From a virus, in the IMG/VR virus record IMGVR_UViG_3300045256_000567: a stretch of 64,000 nt of DNA. One strand, given 5' to 3'. A program made the position numbers and the translations under genes. Shown here one piece after another: positions 46,952 through 56,341 of this stretch (position 1 is the stretch's first letter; every line of letters starts with the position of its first letter). The notes below the pieces were generated by a model, which saw nothing but the letters and a program-made list of their open reading frames with translations, did not search any database and was not told the origin of the DNA.

Positions 46952-48127
46952 CTACTCAAATTCTACAAAAAACTTAGCTTTATTACCAAACTTTCTTTTC
47001 TGCTCTACTGATGTAGATTTTACAACAGCTTTTTTTCCTACTCTATCAGAGTATTTAAGGTTAAATTGACGGGCAAACTTTTGAGCTTCTTGTCTAATTT
47101 CAAAAATAGGCTCATTTTTAGAAACAGAATTATGAGCAGAAAGCATAGATTTTGTTAGTGCCATTGGGTTTTCCATATCTTCATGTTCCATAGATTCAGA
47201 AGTTGAAGTAGTTGCGGTTAAGGCTTTTTCTTCTTCAGGATTATTTTCTTCAGAAGTCATGGTTTCTGTTTCCATAGGTTCCATTCCCATATTTTCTTTT
47301 TCATTTTTATCATTATCTTGCATTTCGATGATAACAGCACCTTCTTCGACTGGTTCATTTTGAACCTTACCTTCTATTTTTTCTAAAAGACTTTTGTCCA
47401 TTTCTTCATCTTTATCAAGCATATCAACTATCGAATCCATTTCTTCTTTTGTTAAAGCTCCTAAGCTCATTTTAGCTTCCAGGTAACCATGAAGCATTGC
47501 TTTTTCATCTTTCATCAATTTCTTACCTTCACGAAGCTTTTCAAAAACTGAATTCATACCTTCAGAAGAATTTACAGATTTTTGTGTCATTATTGGGGTG
47601 TGTTTTATTTCTTCTTGAAGTTCGCCAGACTTGTAATCACAAGATTCTTTATTTGTAAGCTTACCATCCTTAACTGCTGAATAAGCACCTTCTGTATGCG
47701 CAACATTTTCTTTATTTTGTTCAGAAGTTTGGTTTTCTTTTGTTTCTTTTATTATTTTCTCTATAGAAAGTATTACGTTTCCATCTGTAGATACATCTAC
47801 AGCAGATTTACTAATTGCCACATAATTATATTCAGTATTTTGAAGCTTTGGGAAAAGAGATTTTAAAGTAGTGTGATCCCTCATTTGTTTTGGAACTCTA
47901 ACTATAACAAAATCATTTACGTTTCCGAATTCTAAAGTTAGATATGTTTTTAGTGCTTCTTTTGTACGAGAAAAATATAGCATACTTTTTAACCCCCGTT
48001 TATGAGCTTCTTTCACTGTTACTCCGTTTCTATTATAATACATTCCAGAGCAAATTGCTTTTGCTTTTTTTTCTGAAACTCCTTTTTTTAAGTAAGACTC
48101 TTTACAATGTTCATATTCCTTTGGCAT
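46952..48127 (-). CDS. Hypothetical acidic protein (possible head/scaffold-associated)
   Basis: 391 aa, E/M-rich low-complexity middle. Confidence 0.65.
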   Translation of the reverse strand: MPKEYEHCKESYLKKGVSEKKAKAICSGMYYNRNGVTVKEAHKRGLKSMLYFSRTKEALKTYLTLEFGNVNDFVIVRVPKQMRDHTTLKSLFPKLQNTEYNYVAISKSAVDVSTDGNVILSIEKIIKETKENQTSEQNKENVAHTEGAYSAVKDGKLTNKESCDYKSGELQEEIKHTPIMTQKSVNSSEGMNSVFEKLREGKKLMKDEKAMLHGYLEAKMSLGALTKEEMDSIVDMLDKDEEMDKSLLEKIEGKVQNEPVEEGAVIIEMQDNDKNEKENMGMEPMETETMTSEENNPEEEKALTATTSTSESMEHEDMENPMALTKSMLSAHNSVSKNEPIFEIRQEAQKFARQFNLKYSDRVGKKAVVKSTSVEQKRKFGNKAKFFVEFE

Positions 48128-48164
48128 ATTTAATATTTTAAATTAAATTAATGAAGATTTTAAT

Positions 48165-49652
48165 TTAATTCCAAGTTCCAGCGTTGTTCCCTAAATATAT
48201 TTCCATTAAATATTTATCAAAAAACTCTTTTTTAGCTTGCTTTCTTTGTGTTCCAGCGGGATAAACAGAGAAATCATTTCCTAAAACCGTAATAATGTTA
48301 TCATTATTTATTATATTTTCTACATTTTTTGGTTTTCCATATTCTCCTAAAACAGCATAGTTCTCATCCCAAACTCTAGCGATAATTTTATCTTCTATAT
48401 TTGAGTACATGTAAAAAGCTGGTAAATATATTTGTAAAGAATTATATGGTAATGGTAGATTTTGTGGAACATATTTTATTTCCCAATAATCTGCATCCCA
48501 TACTTCTCTAGTTTCAGGTACATGTTGAACCCATTTATATTTAAATACCCTTCCTGTAAATCTAGCGTTAGTTAAATTATTTTCAAATTCTGTTAGATAA
48601 TTTTGAAAAAGAGTAAACGCATCATTTGGAATTCCACTAGATTCACTAAAGCCAATTGGATAGAAAATATTTATTATTGGAGCGAAGTCAATCATTTTTA
48701 CAACATTTCCGGTAAACTCTAATTTTATATCACCAGAAACCACTTCAAAAGCTACTGCTTCTTGCAAAGAAGCAACATAAATATCAGATGCGTTTATATT
48801 TATTGTAGTAAATGTGATGCTATCTTTGTATATTTTTACAGTTGCGGTGTTTGTTGAAGATAAATTGGTAATATTATATCCTAATATTGTAAAAGGAAAT
48901 CCTAATTTATCTCCCGATGAAAGATTAAAAGAAAGTAAACTAATCTTCCTATTAAATTCACTTATCTGTGCCCATCCACCTACATATTCATCATTTAGCG
49001 GTCTATCTAAAGATTCCCAAAAATTTTTAATCCTTGCTTGTATTTCAGATATTTGACCTCCTGGAAGTGGTTTTAATACATCATTTTCATCTGAAGTAGG
49101 AAATATAGATGTTATAAAACTAGAAATTAGTGTATTGAATAAATCTGTTGAAAAATTACCATCAGTTGACGCTAATTTAGTTCCATTAAACCAGTAATCA
49201 ACTTCCAATAAAGACTCTGAATTATAGGGTCTGTTTACTGCAAGTGAATCCCCATATGCATACGTTTCGGTAAAAAATCCATCTGTGTTTAATGGATTGT
49301 ATAATACATAGTTATTATTTATATCTTGTATATAAAGGTTTGGAAATCTAGGAGCTAATAAATCATCGGAAGCAAAAGTAAATGTTTCAAATATAACATC
49401 ATATGTACCAGTACCAACATACTCAAATCTTATATAATTTGTGGATACAGAAAATTCTCCATAAGAAGAAGGATTAACAATTACCCAAGAATCTACAGTA
49501 CTTTCACTAAAATATACCTTTACTGGAACAGTACCTTTATTCATTACTCCAATGAAAAAAGATATATAATTTAATCTTAAAATATCAGATTTAGTAGTAA
49601 ATTCAAAAGTATGCAACTCCTCCACATAGTTTGGTAAATTTGAAGAATTCAT
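48165..49652 (-). CDS. Probable virion structural protein
   Basis: 495 aa, beta-rich, AAGGAGG SD. Confidence 0.65.
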   Translation of the reverse strand: MNSSNLPNYVEELHTFEFTTKSDILRLNYISFFIGVMNKGTVPVKVYFSESTVDSWVIVNPSSYGEFSVSTNYIRFEYVGTGTYDVIFETFTFASDDLLAPRFPNLYIQDINNNYVLYNPLNTDGFFTETYAYGDSLAVNRPYNSESLLEVDYWFNGTKLASTDGNFSTDLFNTLISSFITSIFPTSDENDVLKPLPGGQISEIQARIKNFWESLDRPLNDEYVGGWAQISEFNRKISLLSFNLSSGDKLGFPFTILGYNITNLSSTNTATVKIYKDSITFTTININASDIYVASLQEAVAFEVVSGDIKLEFTGNVVKMIDFAPIINIFYPIGFSESSGIPNDAFTLFQNYLTEFENNLTNARFTGRVFKYKWVQHVPETREVWDADYWEIKYVPQNLPLPYNSLQIYLPAFYMYSNIEDKIIARVWDENYAVLGEYGKPKNVENIINNDNIITVLGNDFSVYPAGTQRKQAKKEFFDKYLMEIYLGNNAGTWN

Positions 49653-49704
49653 TATTTATTAACCTCCTTTAAATATTGTATATTTTTCTTCGGAAAAATA
49701 CACT

Positions 49705-50103
49705 TCAAATAAAAACATCTTCTCCTAATATTTTTACGCCATTTGGAGAAATAGAGCAATCTGAAATTTTATTTGGGTCTGGATATATAAGAATATTCTT
49801 AAGATAAATTATATCGTCCATATCAGATGTTATTTTTGCGGCGAAATAATATTTTTTAAGATTGAAGAATAAAACAAAAACATAAAAGTTTGGTTTTGGT
49901 GTTAATACATCATTTGCTATTAATTGAACTTCTGCGTTACCATAATTGTTTGTATGAACGGTCTGTACTGTAGTAGGCAAATAAATTCTTCTATTATCTT
50001 GCACAAAATATACATTTTGTGGGTATGGATATACTTCTACCCTAGCATTTTCAATAGGTCTTGGAAATAGACTAGATGTTTCTATTTTTACAATTTTTAA
50101 CAT
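49705..50103 (-). CDS. Probable tail/baseplate-associated protein
   Basis: TNNYGNAEVQL prealbumin-like pattern. Confidence 0.55.
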   Translation of the reverse strand: MLKIVKIETSSLFPRPIENARVEVYPYPQNVYFVQDNRRIYLPTTVQTVHTNNYGNAEVQLIANDVLTPKPNFYVFVLFFNLKKYYFAAKITSDMDDIIYLKNILIYPDPNKISDCSISPNGVKILGEDVFI

Positions 50104-50744
50104 AGCCTATCTGTACTAGAGAATATTAATTCTGCTGCGTTTGTATTTGCAGGTATGTTAGAAACTTTTACTAATTTACTAAAATTTAATTCGGGAACAG
50201 AAGCTATATAATCGTAGGATCTATTTAAGTTTATTTCAAAATATCCACTAGAGTCGGTTATTGTTGAAGTAGTCATAGAACTATATGGAGAATTATCTGT
50301 ATAAGTAAGAGTATTTGCTACAGTAAAAGATAAAACTTTATCACTTAGCGGATTTCCTAAAGCATCATAAATATTTCCATAAATTTTTACTAACGAAGGA
50401 TTGACGAAATAATTTCCATAATGAATAAATTTGCTATCTTCTGAAATACCATCAGATATTTTTATATCTAATATAGATGGTTTTGGTAAAACAGACGAGG
50501 GAATTTCTACTATATAATAAAATTTTCCAACTTCAAAATCATTTAAAAATACACTATGTTGATATGTTGTGGAGTTTGGTGAAGAAGATGTACTCCATTT
50601 GTTTTGTATCAAATTAAAGTACACATATAAATTGTTTGTATAAATAAAAATAGTTAAAGTCAAATCATTAGTATTGTTTTTTCTAGCTAGAAAAGTTAAT
50701 TTTTCTCCAAATTTAAAATATTCTTTTATATATAGGTTGACCAT
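50097..50744 (-). CDS. Probable tail/baseplate-associated protein
   Basis: IYGNIYDALGNPL...TDSSGYFEI pattern; ATG 7 nt after an LE-junction TATAAT. Confidence 0.6.
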   Translation of the reverse strand: MVNLYIKEYFKFGEKLTFLARKNNTNDLTLTIFIYTNNLYVYFNLIQNKWSTSSSPNSTTYQHSVFLNDFEVGKFYYIVEIPSSVLPKPSILDIKISDGISEDSKFIHYGNYFVNPSLVKIYGNIYDALGNPLSDKVLSFTVANTLTYTDNSPYSSMTTSTITDSSGYFEINLNRSYDYIASVPELNFSKLVKVSNIPANTNAAELIFSSTDRLC

Positions 50745-50751
50745 TTAATTT

Positions 50752-50780
50752 ATTATAGCACGTTTGCAGAAAACCTACGA
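50752..50780 (-). promoter_or_regulatory. Half LE forming a TG-c-TATAAT promoter; also the guide region of tnpB copy 3
   Basis: TTAT-AGCACGTTTGCAGAAAACCTACGA directly abutting the RE at 50781. Confidence 0.75.
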
Positions 50781-51950
50781 GTGACGACTCCCAATTCTAA
50801 AGAATTGGGCTTCTCGCAAGAAGCGAAGGCTCCGTCCGAGCCTTAGCCAAGATATTTTGTGCCGCTGCAATATCCCGATGAAGGGTTGTATTGCATTTGG
50901 CGCAGGTATAGGTACGTATCCAAAGTGGGTGTTTTTCTCTGTTACCACAAACAGGACAATCTTGGCTTGTGTATTTTGGGTCTACTTTTATTACTTGCCT
51001 ACCAGCTTCCTCCGCTTTGTAGGCAAGTATTGCTAGGAACTGTGCCCAACCTGCATCTAGGATACCTTTAGCTGTTCTAGTTTGAGCAAGTTGTTTTATA
51101 TCTAGGTCTTCGTGTACTATGGTTCCATATTTATTCACCAAGTCCTTTGCTACCTTGTGATGAAAATCCTTTCTTTGGTTTGCTATTTTTCGATGTACCT
51201 TGGCAACTAGTTTCTTAGCCTTGGTTCTTCTGTTGCTACCAGGTTTTCTTTTTGAAACTATTTGTTGTGCTTTGGCAAGCCTATCTTCAGACTTCTTGAA
51301 ATACCTAGGAGCAGGAACCATTTCACTGTCAGAGGTGGTTAGGAAGTTTGGGTTAGTACCAAGGTCTATTCCAACTGCATCTTGGTTTACAGGAAGTTTT
51401 TTTGGTTCTGTGATACAGGTGAAAATGACATACCATTCATCATTCTCCCTTTTTATAGAAGCTGTCTTTATTTGACCTTCAAGCGGTCTGTGAAACTTGC
51501 ATTTGATAGAACCAATCTTATGAACCAAAACTCTGTTTTTACCTTCTTGAATCTTGATTCCTGTTTTGCTTACTTGAGTAAAGGTGAAGCTGTCATACCT
51601 ATTTTCACCCTTGAATCTTGGGAAACCAGGTGTTTCACCTTTCTTTATACGCCTAAAAAAGCCTTGGTAGGCTTTATCTAACCTTTGTAGCACATCCTGA
51701 AGAACTTGACTATGTATATTCTTGTATTCTGGAAACTCTTCCTTTAGTTTAGGAAGTTGACTATTTTGCTCGTAACGGCTAATGGTCTTTTTGGAACTTT
51801 TGTACACGTCACGTCTTTTTTCCAAAGCAGTATTGTACAATTGACGACACAGAAACAAGGTTTTCTCTAAATCCTTGATCTGAGGCTTGGTTGGATACAG
51901 TCGGTACTTGAAAGACTTGATCATTGCTGACCTTTATTATACCATATTCA
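50781..51950 (-). mobile_element. tnpB element copy 3: intact RE, no canonical LE
   Basis: RE ends at 50781; upstream TGAATATGGTATAAT promoter as in copy 1; only an LE hairpin arm remains, at 52081-52093. Confidence 0.8.
50797..51924 (-). CDS. tnpB: TnpB (copy 3)
   Basis: All RuvC and zinc-finger motifs intact. Confidence 0.96.
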   Translation of the reverse strand: MIKSFKYRLYPTKPQIKDLEKTLFLCRQLYNTALEKRRDVYKSSKKTISRYEQNSQLPKLKEEFPEYKNIHSQVLQDVLQRLDKAYQGFFRRIKKGETPGFPRFKGENRYDSFTFTQVSKTGIKIQEGKNRVLVHKIGSIKCKFHRPLEGQIKTASIKRENDEWYVIFTCITEPKKLPVNQDAVGIDLGTNPNFLTTSDSEMVPAPRYFKKSEDRLAKAQQIVSKRKPGSNRRTKAKKLVAKVHRKIANQRKDFHHKVAKDLVNKYGTIVHEDLDIKQLAQTRTAKGILDAGWAQFLAILAYKAEEAGRQVIKVDPKYTSQDCPVCGNREKHPLWIRTYTCAKCNTTLHRDIAAAQNILAKARTEPSLLARSPIL

Positions 51951-52093
51951 GGAATGTCACACTATTCAATCGCTTGTACATTATACCAAAAATTTATTAC
52001 CATTGTATTATGTGAGGGAGTCCATGTATCCCCGCTTTGAAAAGCGGGGAATTATAGCTCCCCCACACCCCCTCAATTTTTTAAAGGTGTAGG

Positions 52094-52131
52094 GTTACAA
52101 TTCCCAGTTCTTTAGAACTGGGAATCGTCAC
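52094..52131. repeat. RE palindrome P4 with compensatory substitutions
   Basis: GTTACAATTCCCAGTTCTTTAGAACTGGGAATCGTCAC; supplies the TGA of 52128..55253. Confidence 0.85.
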
Positions 52132-55100
52132 GGGTTTGGATGCAAAACAAGCACATAAATTTCATTGCTTATTGAATAGGGAAGGTTTAGCATTCTATAA
52201 CTTTGCGATGGCGTGTCAATTATAAGTTGATAAGGAATATATAAATTTTGTATAGAAGTATCTAAAATTCTTAGATTATAACAATAAGAGGTAGAAGTTA
52301 GAAAAACAGGGCGTATAAATTCATATGTACTTGAATCCAAAGGATCGTTTCTAGTATCAAAACCAGAGGATTTATTAATAATTAAGTTTGCGTCGCCATC
52401 TGCATTTAAAGCTATTATGTAATAAGTTTTTCCAGATTCAAATTTATATCCATGCGGGAAAAGTTTTTTATCACTAATAAATAGTGAATTATCGCTATTT
52501 ATATTATAGTTATTAATATCTAAAAGCAATTCATTAATTACGGCATTTTTATTACTTATTAAGTAATTAGTAACATTTAGACTAAAACTTGAAAATTTAT
52601 TTATATAATATTGATCATTAGAAATGACTTCTTCATTGTAAAGAAAATTCTCTATACATATATCTAAATGTTGAGATAAAAAAGAAAAGTAGCAAGGCAA
52701 ATAATAATTAAAATCAAAACTACTGTTTAACAAGTTTTTAAACGAAAAATTGTATGTATATATGAACGTTGCCGGAATTAAATCCTGTAAATCTTGGTTT
52801 TCAGGGTTGATAACATCAATATTAAAAACATATGGTCTAAAAACATGTACGGTACTTCTTGGAGATTTATCGGGGCTAGAAGAAAATTCGGCTAGAGATA
52901 CCCGTCCATTAAAATAGTTTAATATTTGACTAGTTGAGAGGTAATCGTTATTATTTAATTTAATATTTAAATTTAAATTTTTATCTTTAAAAACAATTGG
53001 TAAATACTCAACAAAAATAAAATCAAATACGGGGTAGGATAAAGAGGCATCATTTGTTGCCTGTGTTTTTGAAAAACTTTCACCTTTGAATTTTATTCTT
53101 ACAGAAAGCGGATCGTAAACATATGTGTCCTCGCTTAAGTATGTAGTGTATCCTCCTACGTCAATAAATGAAAAATATTCACTGTTTAATATATAAGGTT
53201 TAATATTGTTATTAACGTAATTAGACAATGGTAAATCTAAAGGAGGTATAAAATCAACTATATTATTATTTATTGATATAATATCAGTTTTTGAAGTAAA
53301 CTCATTATCAGAATTAATATTTGATGGTCCAAAATATGAGAATAATGAAAAAAATCTTGTAGGTGAATATTTGTTGCCATAATTAAATATATCAGAAAGA
53401 AATTGTAAAAACTCATTTAAGGCATTTGAGTTATTTTTTAAGGACACCAATGGAACGTGTGTAAAAACATTACGTACTATTGACAAATCCTGGTGAGATG
53501 GTAGCTGAGTTAAAAACATCATATCTTCAGATTGCCATGATGAGGAAGATACATCAACGCCTGGGTACGTTTGTGTTAAATAATTTAATGTTAAAGAATT
53601 TAAACTAGATATGAAATCATTAAAATTATTAAAATCTGGAATATCCAAAGTAAACTCTCTGGGAGTTTGATCATACGCGGGAACATACGAATATAAAATA
53701 AATCTGTTTGGGTTGTTTTTGTCGTTATTATTCTTATACAATACCACAACCGGTTTGTTGTTACTTGATAGACTTGTCAGATCAGAAAAATAAAAATTGT
53801 TTAAAACCCAAGCCTTTAAATTGCTGTAGGTATTTTTATTAAAATAATATTTTTTATCATTTTGAGCAAACTCATCCTCAACGAAAAGCTTTAGTGCTTT
53901 ATATACAAACAATCTCCCAAAATTTATAGATGGAAGACTTATAGAACCGGAATAAGATCCTAAGCTACTAGAATATGTACCTAAAGAAAGTATACTATTT
54001 ATAGTACTTGTAGAAAAATTACTTATTACATTATATATTGCGGGATAAAAATTATCTAAAAAATTTTTTGCAGTTAGGAAAATTCCCGAGTCTATTTGTG
54101 GATTTAAAAATTCAAATATACCCAATTTATTTAATGGATTTTGGTTATTTATTGTATTAAAAGAATATGTAAAATTTCCCGAAAAAGATAAATAATCTTT
54201 ATCAAAATGAAAGCAAACCTTTACTGGAACATTAGAAGTTTTTACATCAATTGTGCAATAAGTATCATTATTATTAGAAAATACAGCGCCATTATCAGTA
54301 TAAAAATCCTTAAATCCATTTTGTCCGCCTGTATTAAACCCAAAATTATTTACTTCTGGGGAGTATCCGAAAAATTTATTAGTTCCTATTGGTACAGATT
54401 CCATATTTTCAGCCGCAGTAATATTCTTAGAAAAGTTTAATGATGTTAGCGGACCTTCTGGATTTATTTTGTAAAATATTTCTTTCCCCGGAATTAATGA
54501 TAAAAAATAAAAATCATTTAAGTTATTACTATATTTACTATTCTCGTAATAAAAATTACTTATAGAAAAATTATTAATAGTAGTTTCATAAATATTATCT
54601 GAATTTGCTTTATAATTGCCGTCGTAGGTAAAAGGTAAGTATAAACTATATATGTAATATTTTGGATATATATTTTGTCCTATGCTTGGAGATACAAAAT
54701 TATAAGTTGGATCAATAGAATCATTTCCATATACAACAACAAAAATATCTATAGTAAGTATTCCTGCAAAAGAAAAACCCACATTAAACAAGTTTGTATT
54801 GTAAGTACTATCAAAAGAGCTTTCTGCCACGCCTATGGATTTATTTATATCTTGAATATTATAATTAATAGAAAAGCCGTTGTAGTAATTGTCTACAGGA
54901 TGATTATCCGGCAATTTGTCAAGTATTAAATTAACTAAACTTAAATCTACACCGGTATTACTGGGATCAATAAAAATGTACTTATTATTAATTTCATCAA
55001 AAATGGCAAATTTAGGAAGAACTTTTTCTTTAGTTAAATTGTTTAATAAAAAAGAAGAAACAACTTGCTTTAAAGTACTTTTTGTAGTTATATCAACAAA

Positions 55101-55253
55101 ACCCTTTCTTTTCCATGTCGGGGATTTTATATAATAAACATCTGGATAGGTATGTATTTTTATTGCTTCCCTATCAGGAAAAACAAAAGAAGAATTACCT
55201 ATGATATCTGGTGATGTGTATTCATTAATATCTGAACAACCTAAAGTTCTCAT
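52128..55253 (-). CDS. Large probable virion structural protein
   Basis: ~1041 aa, N/S/F-rich; true start MRTLG lies 7 nt after an LE-junction TATAAT. Confidence 0.75.
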   Translation of the reverse strand: MRTLGCSDINEYTSPDIIGNSSFVFPDREAIKIHTYPDVYYIKSPTWKRKGFVDITTKSTLKQVVSSFLLNNLTKEKVLPKFAIFDEINNKYIFIDPSNTGVDLSLVNLILDKLPDNHPVDNYYNGFSINYNIQDINKSIGVAESSFDSTYNTNLFNVGFSFAGILTIDIFVVVYGNDSIDPTYNFVSPSIGQNIYPKYYIYSLYLPFTYDGNYKANSDNIYETTINNFSISNFYYENSKYSNNLNDFYFLSLIPGKEIFYKINPEGPLTSLNFSKNITAAENMESVPIGTNKFFGYSPEVNNFGFNTGGQNGFKDFYTDNGAVFSNNNDTYCTIDVKTSNVPVKVCFHFDKDYLSFSGNFTYSFNTINNQNPLNKLGIFEFLNPQIDSGIFLTAKNFLDNFYPAIYNVISNFSTSTINSILSLGTYSSSLGSYSGSISLPSINFGRLFVYKALKLFVEDEFAQNDKKYYFNKNTYSNLKAWVLNNFYFSDLTSLSSNNKPVVVLYKNNNDKNNPNRFILYSYVPAYDQTPREFTLDIPDFNNFNDFISSLNSLTLNYLTQTYPGVDVSSSSWQSEDMMFLTQLPSHQDLSIVRNVFTHVPLVSLKNNSNALNEFLQFLSDIFNYGNKYSPTRFFSLFSYFGPSNINSDNEFTSKTDIISINNNIVDFIPPLDLPLSNYVNNNIKPYILNSEYFSFIDVGGYTTYLSEDTYVYDPLSVRIKFKGESFSKTQATNDASLSYPVFDFIFVEYLPIVFKDKNLNLNIKLNNNDYLSTSQILNYFNGRVSLAEFSSSPDKSPRSTVHVFRPYVFNIDVINPENQDLQDLIPATFIYTYNFSFKNLLNSSFDFNYYLPCYFSFLSQHLDICIENFLYNEEVISNDQYYINKFSSFSLNVTNYLISNKNAVINELLLDINNYNINSDNSLFISDKKLFPHGYKFESGKTYYIIALNADGDANLIINKSSGFDTRNDPLDSSTYEFIRPVFLTSTSYCYNLRILDTSIQNLYIPYQLIIDTPSQSYRMLNLPYSISNEIYVLVLHPNP

Positions 55254-55260
55254 AAAAGAA

Positions 55261-55353
55261 ATTATAGCAAAGTTTGCAGAAAACTTACAAAATATGTTTG
55301 CATTCATCCTACGCTTAAAAGCGTAGGCTTTCTGCAAACATATTTTGTAAAAT
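55261..55353. promoter_or_regulatory. Nested LE cluster acting as a divergent promoter
   Basis: LE head (+) at 55266, full LE (-) from 55346, 18-bp inverted repeat at 55285-55302/55333-55350. Confidence 0.75.
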
Positions 55354-55359
55354 ATTTCT

Positions 55360-56067
55360 ATGGAAAAGAAAATTAAATTAGAACTTAAAAAGAAACTTAT
55401 AGATCTAGTATCTCAATTTGAAGTTTCACGAGATTGGGGTAGGGTTGCTGGAAATTTTGATGGACAAATTTTGTCTTACGGTCCTTTACAGTGGAATATT
55501 GGACAAAGCACTCTTTTTTACGTTTTAAAAAGGATTCCTCAAGAAGTTTTGGAAAAATATCTTGGTTCTGATTTTGTTAAAAGTTTGTCCTCAAATTCTT
55601 CATTGAGGTATTTTGTTTTACACAATATCTTAGGCAAAAATGGAAATGTTCTTCCTGGTTGGTCTAAAAAATTTTCTGATCTAGCTAAAGAGCCTTCTGT
55701 TATATCCGCATTTGTAGTTTCTGCGGAGCCTTACTTTATAAAATCTAACGATTGTTTAAATGAACTTGGTTTTACTACAGAAAGAGGAGCAGCTTTATGT
55801 TTTGACATAACTGTACAAAATGGTGGTCTAAGAAAAGATCATAAAATTTTATATACTAGGTATATAAGCACTAAAAATCCGCAAAATGAGTGGGAAAAAT
55901 ATAAAATACTAGCAAATGTAATTGCTGAATTAGCTAACCCACAGTGGAAAAATGATGTATTAAATAGAAAACTTACCATTGCACTTGGTAAGGGTTCTGT
56001 GCATGGAGTAAATATAGATTTAGAAAAAGATTTTGATATTTCTTATAATCGAACCTGGTACATGTGA
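55360..56067 (+). CDS. Probable endolysin (lysozyme-like)
   Basis: GNFDGQILSYGPLQWNIGQSTL, FDITVQNGG, DVLNRK, G.VHG motifs typical of putative phage/bacterial peptidoglycan hydrolases. Confidence 0.7.
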   Translation: MEKKIKLELKKKLIDLVSQFEVSRDWGRVAGNFDGQILSYGPLQWNIGQSTLFYVLKRIPQEVLEKYLGSDFVKSLSSNSSLRYFVLHNILGKNGNVLPGWSKKFSDLAKEPSVISAFVVSAEPYFIKSNDCLNELGFTTERGAALCFDITVQNGGLRKDHKILYTRYISTKNPQNEWEKYKILANVIAELANPQWKNDVLNRKLTIALGKGSVHGVNIDLEKDFDISYNRTWYM

Positions 56068-56244
56068 CGACACCGCACGTGACGACTCCCAATTCTAAAG
56101 AATTGGGCTTCTCGTAATTAACGAAGGCTCCGTCCAAGCCATTATCGGTATTTTCTTATTTTCCCGATGATTACCTTGAATCTTATAATTCAAGTACCTA
56201 CCAGCATTTTCAGCTTTGTAGGATTTGGTGTGCTTCTTTTGCAC
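56059..56244 (-). ncRNA. Stand-alone TnpB omegaRNA 2 (scaffold to 56079 plus guide GTGCGGTGTCGTCACATGTA)
   Basis: 56079-56256 is the reverse complement of 11856-12033; driven by TG-c-TATAAT. Confidence 0.75.
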
Positions 56245-56250
56245 AAGTTT

Positions 56251-56334
56251 ATTATAGCACAGTTTGCAGAAAGCCTACTCCTAAAATCACAGGCTTTCTG
56301 CAAACTTGTATTGTAAGAACATATAGTGTATACT
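56251..56334. promoter_or_regulatory. Back-to-back LE pair forming a divergent promoter
   Basis: TTAT-AGCACAGTTTGCAGAAAGCCT...AGGCTTTCTGCAAACTTGTATT-GTAA; rightward TTGTAT-N17-TATACT. Confidence 0.72.
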
Positions 56335-56341
56335 AAACACA

